NCBI GenBank assembly: GCA_964620805.1
Contig: CAZUJQ010000003.1
Coordinates: forward strand, 1-57,583
DNA length: 57,583 bases
Reading direction: 5' to 3'
Source: an uncultured Planctomycetales bacterium
Lineage (GTDB): Bacteria > Omnitrophota > Gorgyraeia > Zapsychrales > JAHFFX01
Positions 9,125 through 18,991 of this stretch are shown in pieces; the stretch's first letter is position 1; the number at the start of each line of letters is the position of its first letter. Made by a program: the position numbers and the translations under genes. The notes beneath the pieces were generated by a model. That model was not told where the DNA came from. It searched no databases and worked only from the letters and a program-made list of their open reading frames with translations.

Positions 9125-10111
9125 ATGCATTTTTTAATTATTGGATGCGGTTCGATCGGCCAGCGTCACATGAATAACCTTCAGGCCATGGGATATGACG
9201 TTACAGGATGCGATCCCGACCTCGCCCGCATAAATCTAATCAAAAGAAGATTCGGTATTGGTGTTTTTGATAACTTAAGACAGGCATTATCAAACGACTA
9301 TGACGCCGCATTGATCTGTGTGCCGACGAGTCTTCACCTTCCCTTAGCGATCGAGGTCGCCAAGCGAGGGATGCATCTGTTTATCGAAAAGCCTCTTTCC
9401 CATAGCTATGAGAGGATTGACGAATTGCAATCGATTGTCCGAAAGAAGAAAGTGACGGTCTTGGTCGGATGCAATACAAGATTTTTGCCGAGCCTCGTAT
9501 TGGCCCAAAAGTTTATTAAAGAGAACAGAATCGGAAAGATCTTATCGGCTAGAGTAGAATGCGGATTTTATCTTCCCTATTGGCATCCGCATGAAGATTA
9601 CCGCAATAGCTACAGTGCCAAGAAACATCTTGGCGGAGGCGTTATCTTCGATGATATCCATGAAATTGATTCCTTGATGTGGCTTTTAGGCGAAGTCCAA
9701 GAGGTATTCTGTTGCAAAGATACCCTTAGTAACCTTGAGATCAATACCGAAGATATTGCCGAGATCATCCTCAGGTTTCAATCAAAGACCATTGCCCAAA
9801 TTCATCTGGATTATTTGCAAAAGACCTACAGGCGTCAGTATATGTTTATTGGCGAGAAGGGAGATATTATCTGGGATTATATCGGTCAAGAAGTTAGACT
9901 TTATTTAAAGAAGACAAATCAATGGCAGGTCTTTCAGGAGAGCATTAATACAAAACGTGAAGTCATGTTTTTAAATGAGATGGAGCATTTCATTAATTGC
10001 ATACAGGGAAAAGAGCGGTCCGTAAACGATCTTGATTTTTCTAAAAAGATTTTAAAAGTCGCTTTGGCTTGCCTGAAATCCGCAGAAAGAAGAAAGGTCA
10101 TCACAGTATGA
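9125..10111 (+). CDS. Gfo/Idh/MocA family oxidoreductase
   Basis: IIGCGSIGQRH, HLFIEKPLS, GGGVIFDDIHEID. Confidence 0.85.
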   Translation: MHFLIIGCGSIGQRHMNNLQAMGYDVTGCDPDLARINLIKRRFGIGVFDNLRQALSNDYDAALICVPTSLHLPLAIEVAKRGMHLFIEKPLSHSYERIDELQSIVRKKKVTVLVGCNTRFLPSLVLAQKFIKENRIGKILSARVECGFYLPYWHPHEDYRNSYSAKKHLGGGVIFDDIHEIDSLMWLLGEVQEVFCCKDTLSNLEINTEDIAEIILRFQSKTIAQIHLDYLQKTYRRQYMFIGEKGDIIWDYIGQEVRLYLKKTNQWQVFQESINTKREVMFLNEMEHFINCIQGKERSVNDLDFSKKILKVALACLKSAERRKVITV

Positions 10112-12162
10112 TCGCTGGAATCATTCAAGCGAGAATGTCATCGACACGATTGCCCAATAAGACGTTAATGAAGATCATGGGGAAACCCCTATTATGGCAT
10201 CTTTTAGAAAGGGTCAAGCAGTCCCATTACATAGACGAGATTGTGATCGCAACAACCCATAATCCCAAGGATGATTTTATCGTGGATTTTGCCAGAAAAT
10301 ACGGGGTGAGGGTCTTTCGAGGAGATGAACACGATGTGCTAGGCCGTTTTTATCAGGCGGCTAAGGAAATACAGGCAAGGACAATCGTCCGCGTGACCCC
10401 CGACTGTCCGCTCCTATGCCCCCAGGTTATCGACCGGGTGATTGCCCAGTATTTAGAAGGTTCTTTTGATTATGCGACGAATACGCTTGTCTATACTTAT
10501 CCCGATGGTTATGACGTGGAGGTCTTCTCATTTGCAACGCTTGAGAAAACTTGGAAAGAATGCAAAGACCCTTTAAGTCGAGAACATGTTACTCTTTATA
10601 TGAAAAATTCGGGACGATTTAGGATTATCAATACATCCAATGAGATACCACTGGATTCGGCAGAATATAAATGGTCGGTTGACACTATAGAGGATTTAAA
10701 TTTTGTAAAGAAAATTTACGAACATTTATATCGAGGCAATGGAAAAATCTTCTCCATGAACGAAATTCTCAATTTATTGAGAAAACATCCTGAAATTAGA
10801 AAGATCAATTCAGGGATGGTTATCAATGAAGGTTATTACAAGAGCATATCAAAACTAAAAAAAGTGAACCCGCGAAGCCTTAAGCGACAAAAATCGCTGT
10901 TATTAAAGAAAAAAGCCGAAAGGCTCATTCCCGGCTGCAGTCAAACCTTTAGCAAGGCTCCCTTTCAATTTGTGCAAAGTGTTGCGCCCGTATTTGTCGA
11001 AAAAGGAACAGGGAGCCACCTTTGGGACGTGGACGGTAACGACTATATCGATTATGCCATGGCATTAGGCCCAGTGATTTTAGGGTACCACGATCCAATC
11101 GTGAACGAAGCTGTCAAAAAGGTTTTAACAAATGGAGTAACCTTTACCCTTCCTCATCGGTTGGAAATTGAGCTTGCCGAAGTTCTCTGTGAAATAATAC
11201 CCTGTGCCGAAATGGTGAGATTCGGCAAAAATGGTTCTGATGCCACCACCGGCGCCGTGCGGCTCGCCCGTGCCTATACACGGCGAGATAAAATTGCTTG
11301 CTGTGGTTATCATGGATGGCAGGATTGGTATATTGCAACCACCACACGCAACAAAGGGATCCCCGAAGACACTCGAAAACTCACCCTCACTTTTTCCTAT
11401 AACAAAATAGAGAGCTTGAAAAAAATTTTTGATGAGAATAAAAACGAGATTGCTGCTGTGATCATGGAACCGGTGGGGGTGGTTGCCCCGGAAGATGATT
11501 TCTTATCAAAGGTTAAGGAGTTGACACACCAACAGGGAGCTGTGCTTATTTTTGATGAAATTGTGACAGGCTTTCGTTTTTCATTAGGTGGAGCCCAGCA
11601 ATATTTCAACGTGGTGCCCGATCTTGCCTGCTTCGGCAAGGCCATAGCCAATGGTTTTCCGTTATCTGTGGTTGTAGGAAAAAAAGAGATCATGAAATTA
11701 TTTGGAGAGGTTTTTTACTCTTTTACGGCGGGAGGAGAAATCGTTTCCATTATGGCGGCGATCGCGACAATTCAAGAGCTACAAAGAAAAAAAGTCATAG
11801 AATTTTTATGGGAACAGGGTCGCAAGATCAAAGATGGTTACAATGTTTTGGCTCGTCAATACGAATTGGAGCCATATACGCGCTGTGTCGGTTTTCCTCC
11901 TCGCACGGTCATTGAATTTAAAAATGAGAGGGGCGAAGATGATTTGATCTTGAAAAGTCTATTCCAGCAGGAATGCATTAAGCGCGGCCTCCTCTTTACC
12001 GGAACGCACAACATCTGTTTCTCTCATTCCAACAGGGATATTGAGTATACTTTAAAAGTTTACAGGACAGTTTTAGAAATTATTCTGTCTGCCCGAAAAA
12101 AAAATAGGATAAGAAAACTTCTCAAAGGCGATCCCATAGTTCCTATTTTTAGGACATATTAA
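10108..12162 (+). CDS. SpsF-like cytidylyltransferase fused to class III (GSA-like) PLP aminotransferase
   Basis: N-term IIQARMSSTRLPNKTL..RVTPDCPL..REHVT..WSVDTIED; C-term WDVDGNDYID, GKNGSDAT, LIFDEIVTGFR, CFGKAIANG. Confidence 0.85.
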   Translation: MIAGIIQARMSSTRLPNKTLMKIMGKPLLWHLLERVKQSHYIDEIVIATTHNPKDDFIVDFARKYGVRVFRGDEHDVLGRFYQAAKEIQARTIVRVTPDCPLLCPQVIDRVIAQYLEGSFDYATNTLVYTYPDGYDVEVFSFATLEKTWKECKDPLSREHVTLYMKNSGRFRIINTSNEIPLDSAEYKWSVDTIEDLNFVKKIYEHLYRGNGKIFSMNEILNLLRKHPEIRKINSGMVINEGYYKSISKLKKVNPRSLKRQKSLLLKKKAERLIPGCSQTFSKAPFQFVQSVAPVFVEKGTGSHLWDVDGNDYIDYAMALGPVILGYHDPIVNEAVKKVLTNGVTFTLPHRLEIELAEVLCEIIPCAEMVRFGKNGSDATTGAVRLARAYTRRDKIACCGYHGWQDWYIATTTRNKGIPEDTRKLTLTFSYNKIESLKKIFDENKNEIAAVIMEPVGVVAPEDDFLSKVKELTHQQGAVLIFDEIVTGFRFSLGGAQQYFNVVPDLACFGKAIANGFPLSVVVGKKEIMKLFGEVFYSFTAGGEIVSIMAAIATIQELQRKKVIEFLWEQGRKIKDGYNVLARQYELEPYTRCVGFPPRTVIEFKNERGEDDLILKSLFQQECIKRGLLFTGTHNICFSHSNRDIEYTLKVYRTVLEIILSARKKNRIRKLLKGDPIVPIFRTY

Positions 12163-12187
12163 GATAGATCCGAATAGGAGGTATCGA

Positions 12188-13903
12188 ATGTCAATCCAGT
12201 TAGAGCAACAGACATTAAACAGGTTCTTCTACCGATTCCAATGCGACGGTAGAATTGCCGATCCCAAGGAAGCCCGCATCACGACAGAGGATTCCGAACG
12301 GCAATTCCCAGCAAGAGACGACGGATTGCTGGTGCTGCTGATCAATCCCCCTATTCGAGAATGGTCATATCCCAATATCATGCCCGTGGGGCAGGGATAT
12401 GTTGCTTCGGTTGCGGTTATGGACGGCCACCGTGTAGAGACGCTGGATTTAAATGCTCTTCGCCGACAACCGATTAAAACCTCACCGGAAGAATTTTCTA
12501 AATGGGTGGAGGAGAAAATCACACAGGCCCTTCTTAAGGTCAGGCCTGATGTGATTGGCATAGGAGGAATCATCACGCAATATGGAAGGATAAAGCAGAT
12601 TACAAATATTTGCAAGAGGGTTTGCCCCCAAACGCCCATTGTCTTAGGTGGCGGGATCGCTTCGTGTATGCCGGAGTTTATGGTCAAGAGATTGCCGATC
12701 GATGTGGCTGTGATGAAAGAAGGAGAGGTTATTTTTTCTGAAGTTCTCCATCGAATAGAACACAGGGTTTCCTTTGAAGGGCTGGCGGGTGTTGCGTATC
12801 GACACGAAATACGCCCCGGAGAATGGGAAGCCAGAAATAACGGCTTACGGACTTCCATTTCGGCCCGCGAACAAGGATTGGATTGTCTGCCATGGCCTCT
12901 TCGTTCGCGATGGCCGATTGATGAGATTTATAAGAGAAACCCCATAGGGCATCTGAATTGGAAGAGCAAATGGATTGACGGAGCTCCGACCACGAATATG
13001 TATTCTGTTGAGATGATTGCCTCGCGTGGCTGCCCTTATGCAGCCAAGGCTTGCGATTATTGTTATGCCTCTTATTTAGGCAAAACCTACCGGTTAAGAA
13101 CTCCTAAAGAAGTCGTGGATGAAATGCAATATATTAGTAGGCGCTATCAGGCCGAATATATCCATTTTCTGGATGATTTATTGATGACGGATTACCGCTG
13201 GGCCATGGAATTATGTGATGAGCTGAGAAAACGAAAGGCGCAGTCGGGATGGGAGGTGATGTGGGGCGGCACGTGTCGGACGAATATCATTGCGGATGAT
13301 GTGATTCGGGCAAAAAAAGAGGGGCGACCTCATATCTTGGAGCTTGCCTATGAGGTTGGGATGCGACAGGCCGGCTATGGTGTCGAATCCGCAAGCCCGA
13401 CGATTTTAAAATCCATCGATAAAAGCGGCCAAACCGTAGAAAAGATAGAAATCTCCATTCGTGAGACGCAGAGAGTGATGGGCTATGCGGATTGTTCATT
13501 TATGATTGGTTCTCCCGGTGAGACAAGACAGACGGTGCGAGAGACCGTTGATGTTTGCAAGAGGATTGGTTTAAAGCCAGAGGTGTTCTTTTTTACGACC
13601 GCCTATCCGGCCACTTCCTTTTGGGATTTAGCGTTGGAAAAAGGGTTGATCACAAAGGCCGTTACAGGAAAAAAAGGGCCGGCAGACGAAGATATTATTG
13701 AGGAGTATTTCTTACGTTTAGGAGAGCAGGGCGAAGAGGTCCGGACCAATTTTAGCGATCTGCCGGATGAGGAAATTGCTGAACTTTCCTGGTGGGCGGT
13801 CACAGAATTAGGGGCTCAAAATACCGTCCGCCATCCTCACTCCGGAGAACAGCAGGAGCGGAAAAAACCAGCTATACGAGGAGCGACGAAGGCAGATTTA
13901 TAA
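12188..13903 (+). CDS. Cobalamin-binding radical SAM protein (class B methyltransferase-like) with atypical CX6CX2C
   Basis: LLINPP..DVIGIGGI..IVLGGG..GEGE-like (KEGE) B12-binding region; SRGCPYAAKACDYC; HFLDD, GVESASPTIL; strong AGGAGG RBS. Confidence 0.82.
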   Translation: MSIQLEQQTLNRFFYRFQCDGRIADPKEARITTEDSERQFPARDDGLLVLLINPPIREWSYPNIMPVGQGYVASVAVMDGHRVETLDLNALRRQPIKTSPEEFSKWVEEKITQALLKVRPDVIGIGGIITQYGRIKQITNICKRVCPQTPIVLGGGIASCMPEFMVKRLPIDVAVMKEGEVIFSEVLHRIEHRVSFEGLAGVAYRHEIRPGEWEARNNGLRTSISAREQGLDCLPWPLRSRWPIDEIYKRNPIGHLNWKSKWIDGAPTTNMYSVEMIASRGCPYAAKACDYCYASYLGKTYRLRTPKEVVDEMQYISRRYQAEYIHFLDDLLMTDYRWAMELCDELRKRKAQSGWEVMWGGTCRTNIIADDVIRAKKEGRPHILELAYEVGMRQAGYGVESASPTILKSIDKSGQTVEKIEISIRETQRVMGYADCSFMIGSPGETRQTVRETVDVCKRIGLKPEVFFFTTAYPATSFWDLALEKGLITKAVTGKKGPADEDIIEEYFLRLGEQGEEVRTNFSDLPDEEIAELSWWAVTELGAQNTVRHPHSGEQQERKKPAIRGATKADL

Positions 13904-13905
13904 TC

Positions 13906-14937
13906 ATGATGAAAGTTTTTATCAGGGTTGATGCCTCGGATGTCATTGGAACGGGGCATATGTTTCGCACGCTTGTTTTGGCTGAGGGTTTGCGCGCCTT
14001 ATCAGATGATGTGACTTTTTTATGTCGGGATTTACCATATTTCCCCAGCAAAAGAATTACCGATTTGGGCTTTCGCTTAAGTATTATCCCGCCCGCTGAT
14101 TCTTTGAGCGGTGAATTACCTTTGATCCAAGAAAAAATAGCCCGTGAGCAACCGGACTGGATCATTATCGATCATTACGACATTAAAAAAGATTATTATT
14201 TATATTTAAGGAGAAATCGAATCAAAATCTTGTCGATTGACGATATCAATCATACCCGTTTTCCTGTCGATGTCTTACTCAACCAGAATGTCAATGCCTT
14301 TGAGCATAAGTATCAATGTGAGAAAGAAACCATTCAATTGCTTGGGACCCAATATGCTCTCGTGAGAGAAATTTACCGCCAAAAAAGAAAACAAGCCACG
14401 ATAAGAGATTCTTTAAAAAAGGTTCTTATCTTTATGGGAGGATCTGATCCGGATAATCAGACCCTGAAAGTTTTAAACGCCTTAACTTTATCGCGGCGCA
14501 AAGTTGATGCCGATATTGTCCTTGGACCGGCCTTTCAACATAAGGATATGATTGAGAAAGAGGCATCGAGAAACGGTATTAGATATTCTATCCATCAAAA
14601 TCTTGACCATCTGGCCGATGTGATGTTAAGGACCGATCTGGCGATTGGTGCAGGGGGTTTAGCCAGTTTGGAGATGGCGACCATGAAATTGCCGATGATC
14701 CTTATGCCCATCGCGGACAATCAAAGACAGATTGCCCAATGCCTGCATGAGAAGGGGGCGGCAATCAACGCCGGATGGTTTAAGAATGTCGATGAGCAGC
14801 ATATCGCCAAAATCCTTACAGGTCTTTCTTTAGAAAAAGTAAATCAGATGAGTCGAATCGCCAGCCGCCTTTGCGATGGTGAGGGTGTAAATTCAGTCCT
14901 AGAGATCATGGATTCGGTTTTACAGGGAGCAAAATGA
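13906..14937 (+). CDS. pseG: UDP-2,4-diacetamido-2,4,6-trideoxyhexose hydrolase, PseG type
   Basis: FIRVDASDVIGTGHMFR, IIIDHY, LLGTQYALVR, FMGGSDP, IADNQ. Confidence 0.85.
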   Translation: MMKVFIRVDASDVIGTGHMFRTLVLAEGLRALSDDVTFLCRDLPYFPSKRITDLGFRLSIIPPADSLSGELPLIQEKIAREQPDWIIIDHYDIKKDYYLYLRRNRIKILSIDDINHTRFPVDVLLNQNVNAFEHKYQCEKETIQLLGTQYALVREIYRQKRKQATIRDSLKKVLIFMGGSDPDNQTLKVLNALTLSRRKVDADIVLGPAFQHKDMIEKEASRNGIRYSIHQNLDHLADVMLRTDLAIGAGGLASLEMATMKLPMILMPIADNQRQIAQCLHEKGAAINAGWFKNVDEQHIAKILTGLSLEKVNQMSRIASRLCDGEGVNSVLEIMDSVLQGAK

Positions 14938-15980
14938 AACGGATTGTTAGAATTGGAAAACGATTTATCGGCGACGGCCATCCGTGTTTTATCATTGCGG
15001 AGGCGGGGAGCAATCATAACGGAAATCTTGAAAAAGCCTTCCGCTTGATTGATGTGGCTGCGCAGGCCCAGGCCGATGCCATTAAGTTTCAAACCTTCAA
15101 GGCAGAAAAGCTCTACATCAAAAAAGCCGGCTATGCCGATTATCTGAACAACAAAAAATCTATTTATCAAATTATCAAAGAGATGGAGATGCCGGAAAGC
15201 TGGATCCCGCGTCTAGCCGCATACTGCGATAAGAAAGGAGTTGTTTTTCTCTCAACGCCGTTTGATGAGCAGTCCGTTGATCTTTTGGATCGTTATGTAC
15301 CGGCCTTCAAAATAGCATCTTATGAAATGAGCCATATCCCCCTCGTTAAACACATTGCCAAGAAAGGGAAGCCCATTATTATGTCAACAGGAACAGCTCA
15401 TCTCAAAGAAGTGGAAAAGAGTGTTCGGGTTATAAAAAGCCAAGGTAATGAAGAATTGATCCTCATGCAGTGCACAGCCTGTTACCCGGCGCCCCTGGAT
15501 TCGTTAAATCTGCGAAGTATTGTTACCATGAAAACAAAGTTCCAAGTTCCGATGGGACTTTCCGACCACTCCCGTGAGTTTGATATCGGACCTCTAGCCG
15601 CGATTGCGCTTGGGGCCAATTGTCTTGAGAAGCATGTTACGCTATCGAATAAACTTGAGGGACCGGATCATAAGTTTGCCGTTGAGCCAGAGGAATTAAG
15701 GTTAATGGTCAAAAAGATAAGAGAAGTTGAAGTAGCGCTCGGTACTGGCAGAAAAGAGGTTCTGGGAGTCGAAAGAGAACTTCGTCGGTTCGCCCGTCGA
15801 AGCGTTTTTGCTATAGAGAATATCCATCCCGGTGATATCTTTTCAACGAGAAACACGGCCGTGCTAAGAGCCGGCAAAATTCGCTACGAAATTAAACCCG
15901 AAGAATACGAAAATATTTTAGGGAGAAGCGCCAAAAGAAGGATAGAAAAATATAATTCGATAAAAAGAGGTGATTATTAA
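14934..15980 (+). CDS. neuB: Nonulosonic acid synthase (NeuB/SpsE/PseI family) with C-terminal SAF domain
   Basis: IIAEAGSNHNG, IKFQTF, FLSTPFD, FKIASYE, GLSDHS, LEKHVTL, DH, RRSVFA. Confidence 0.88.
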   Translation: MKRIVRIGKRFIGDGHPCFIIAEAGSNHNGNLEKAFRLIDVAAQAQADAIKFQTFKAEKLYIKKAGYADYLNNKKSIYQIIKEMEMPESWIPRLAAYCDKKGVVFLSTPFDEQSVDLLDRYVPAFKIASYEMSHIPLVKHIAKKGKPIIMSTGTAHLKEVEKSVRVIKSQGNEELILMQCTACYPAPLDSLNLRSIVTMKTKFQVPMGLSDHSREFDIGPLAAIALGANCLEKHVTLSNKLEGPDHKFAVEPEELRLMVKKIREVEVALGTGRKEVLGVERELRRFARRSVFAIENIHPGDIFSTRNTAVLRAGKIRYEIKPEEYENILGRSAKRRIEKYNSIKRGDY

Positions 15981-16065
15981 AGACTTGTTGGTCCTAATTG
16001 GTAGGCAAAGAGAAGTCTATCGTACCGTCCTTGCGGGATGAGTAAAATAAAAAGGGGAGTCAGAA

Positions 16066-16875
16066 ATGAGTGTTCAAGAATCCTTAAAGAATGAAATTGA
16101 AAGCGTTATTTCTGTTAATAGGAAGGATCTGGATTTTTCTATTTTTAAAGAGATTATCGATACGTATGGGGTTTTGATTTGCCGTGATGCCTTCCCTCTT
16201 ACGGTCCTTAAGGAAATCCGGGACGAAATTTACCAACAAGTTTTTTACCGCATGAAGATCGGCCGTGATTTTAGAAAGGATTTGGCCGACCTCAAAGAGT
16301 TTCCCAAAGAACTTAAGGTTAAAACGTTAAACTTCCTTCTTGAGGGCGTCAGTGACATGGCTGAGATTGACCCCGAAAATATTTTCCGATCAGCAGTTGA
16401 AAACTGCGGCATTATGCCGCTTGTCGAGCGCTACGTTGATAAGGGTATGATTCATTGGCTTCGGCCCTACTACTATGCCCGTACCGTTGATCCACTTGAG
16501 GAAAAATTTAAACTCAAGCTTCATCAGGATGGGACTTTCTTGCGGGCTTTGGGTGTGCCGCCCGAGCATTTTTTTAACTGCTGGGCTCCCTTGGTTACCA
16601 TCGCTGGAAATACACCGGGCTTGGAACTTGTGGCCAAACGCTTTCATTCTATTTTTGAAACGGGAAAGACCGCGGATGGTTACCACGGTATTGTGATGCA
16701 ATCTGAAGAAGAATTTTTAAGGGAATACAAGGAATATGTGGTAACCCCGAAAGTTCAGATGGGGGACTTTATTATCTTTACGCCATTCACGCCGCACCGG
16801 ACGCACTTAACGGAGAACATGAGAGATATTCGCACCAGCGTCGATTTTCGTTTCTATTGCGGCGAACTTAAATAA
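16066..16875 (+). CDS. Phytanoyl-CoA dioxygenase (PhyH)-like Fe(II)/2-oxoglutarate oxygenase
   Basis: LHQDG (HxD), NCWAPL, GLEL, GDFIIFTPFTPHRT (distal His), RTSVDFRF. Confidence 0.75.
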   Translation: MSVQESLKNEIESVISVNRKDLDFSIFKEIIDTYGVLICRDAFPLTVLKEIRDEIYQQVFYRMKIGRDFRKDLADLKEFPKELKVKTLNFLLEGVSDMAEIDPENIFRSAVENCGIMPLVERYVDKGMIHWLRPYYYARTVDPLEEKFKLKLHQDGTFLRALGVPPEHFFNCWAPLVTIAGNTPGLELVAKRFHSIFETGKTADGYHGIVMQSEEEFLREYKEYVVTPKVQMGDFIIFTPFTPHRTHLTENMRDIRTSVDFRFYCGELK

Positions 16876-18965
16876 TGAAATCCCAAGCTCAGAAAGATTC
16901 AGCCAAGAATATTGCCCAGAAAATATGTTGGGTAGACGAATTGGGATTCTTATCATTGTGCCGGCTCCTTGTCATGAGAATGAAAACCTCGGTTAGATAC
17001 GTCAAATATTTGGATATCACAAAATGTGCAAGAATTTTCATTAGACTTAAAGCTCTAAAACACCTCTTTTGCTTTGAACATCATTGTGACCCGAATCTTT
17101 CAGCTATGAGATTTGATGATAATTCCGATGTCTTCTGGAGAATGCATGAAGAGCCGTCCCGATTAGTTTACGAGGTAATGCGCCAAAATCCTTTTCAGGA
17201 TGGGCTGATTAATAAATTAAATATTCGATGCAAAGATAGACAAGAAAAGCTCGTATTGTTTTTAAAGCAGAAGATCTCCGCTGAGATTCGCCCAGCTGTA
17301 AAACTTTGCGATATTATCAAGTGGCATCATGCTCAAGAGGCTCAGAACAATAGAAATATAAATATTTCTTCCCTTGTCCTTATAAAGCATAATTTCTGGT
17401 TTCAGTATTTAGAAAGGAAAGAGAATATTGCCTTGAGCCTTTCCAAAATTATTTATTATCCTAATATAAAGAATCCACTTATTTTAGCTTTTAATATTTT
17501 AAGAATTCCCGTGGGCCTCATCACAAATATGATCCTTGTACCGTTCTTCGCATTGTTCTCGAGAAGGAAAGGGAAAAAAGGCAATACCGGAAAAATTGCG
17601 GTGTTGCATGTCCAGGGAGCGGATTTAGAAAAAAAGAGTGATTTCTTTTGGTTCCCCGGATCAGCTCTTCAACCCCAAGATATTTTAGTATATTTTCGCG
17701 TTCCCTATCGGCCTTTAACCTTAGAGGTCACCCAGCTCTTAAAAAAATACGGTATGACATGGGTTAATCTGATTCCTCTCAGGATCAAAAAGAAATTTCT
17801 GGGTTTAGGAAGCCTTGAAATATATTTTTATCCTTCTTTTAGATACTTACAAAAATTAGGGTGGCTTGTTTGTGAAACGGTTCGATTATTTTTCTTAGCC
17901 CTGATGAGCCCTAATAGAAAAATCCGAATGTGGGAATTTGCGAGTTTAATAAGTGTTTTGTATCATGCCTGTCTGTATGAAGCGGTTTTCTCTGATTCGA
18001 ATGTCAAGGTCCATTTCTCACTCATGGAGGGAGAGCAATTAGTTGCATCCACCCTGGCAGCCAACGTGACAGGCGCAGTCAATATCGGCAATCACTGGTC
18101 CAATTATCCTTCCGTTTGGATTGATCACGGCAAAACGCATGATATCTATTTCGCGTGGGGACCATTCTACCGGCAGTTTCTGGAAAGAGATTATTACCTT
18201 TTTAAGTACATTCTTTATTCCGGCTATCCCTATGACTATTCTTTTAAAAACAGCCGAGAAAAGGCGCTGCAACTGCAGACTTCTCTCCGGCATAAGGGTG
18301 CCCAATTTATCATCAGTTTTTTTGATGAGGCGTATACTAAAGATGATTGCTTTAGCAAAAGGAATTTTGAGGATATTTATCGGCATTTGTTAGCAGGGCT
18401 GTTTAGAGATCCCAGCCTGGGTCTTATCATAAAGCCAAAAAGAGCTGAGTATTATCACACTCATCTTACCGATATTTTTTATAGGATTAAAAAGGCCCAA
18501 GGTACGGGCCGGTGTATTTTCTTAAATGAGGCTGAATTACCGAATATGGCCGCTCAGGCTTCAGATTTAGCCATTGGTTTAGGCGTTGTCAATACCGCGG
18601 CATTAGAAGCCGCACTGGCGGGAATTCCAACCGTTGCACTCAATTACGGCCACATGAATTTCCATCCTTTTTATAAAATGGGCTTGGGAAAGATTGTTTT
18701 TGAAGATATCGAATCGCTTATGCCGCATATCCGGCAGTTTAGGGATTCAGAGAGTCAGAACGGATTTGCTAATTATTCATATTGGCTCGATCAGATCGAT
18801 CCATTTAAGGACGGAAAGGCCTCCCAGCGGATAGGAAGATACATCAAGTGGGTCTTTGATGAAATGTGTCAAGGAATGGATAAAACCAAGGCCATTGAGC
18901 AAGCGAATGAAAAATACAAGCAGGCATACGGTGTCGATAAAATCTTTAAACATAATATCAACTGA
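16875..18965 (+). CDS. Large orphan surface-carbohydrate protein, probable GT-B-fold transferase
   Basis: C-terminal IIKPK..SDLAIG..TAALEAALAGIP..DPFKDGKASQRI resembles GT-B/epimerase_2 C-termini; no recognisable named family. Confidence 0.55.
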   Translation: MKSQAQKDSAKNIAQKICWVDELGFLSLCRLLVMRMKTSVRYVKYLDITKCARIFIRLKALKHLFCFEHHCDPNLSAMRFDDNSDVFWRMHEEPSRLVYEVMRQNPFQDGLINKLNIRCKDRQEKLVLFLKQKISAEIRPAVKLCDIIKWHHAQEAQNNRNINISSLVLIKHNFWFQYLERKENIALSLSKIIYYPNIKNPLILAFNILRIPVGLITNMILVPFFALFSRRKGKKGNTGKIAVLHVQGADLEKKSDFFWFPGSALQPQDILVYFRVPYRPLTLEVTQLLKKYGMTWVNLIPLRIKKKFLGLGSLEIYFYPSFRYLQKLGWLVCETVRLFFLALMSPNRKIRMWEFASLISVLYHACLYEAVFSDSNVKVHFSLMEGEQLVASTLAANVTGAVNIGNHWSNYPSVWIDHGKTHDIYFAWGPFYRQFLERDYYLFKYILYSGYPYDYSFKNSREKALQLQTSLRHKGAQFIISFFDEAYTKDDCFSKRNFEDIYRHLLAGLFRDPSLGLIIKPKRAEYYHTHLTDIFYRIKKAQGTGRCIFLNEAELPNMAAQASDLAIGLGVVNTAALEAALAGIPTVALNYGHMNFHPFYKMGLGKIVFEDIESLMPHIRQFRDSESQNGFANYSYWLDQIDPFKDGKASQRIGRYIKWVFDEMCQGMDKTKAIEQANEKYKQAYGVDKIFKHNIN

Positions 18966-18991
18966 ATCGGAAAAGAAAGGATCCGTTAAGC

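Noticed and set aside
10900-12162. hemL (tetrapyrrole GSA aminomutase) call
   Set aside because: Fused to an SpsF-like domain in a sugar locus with no hem genes.
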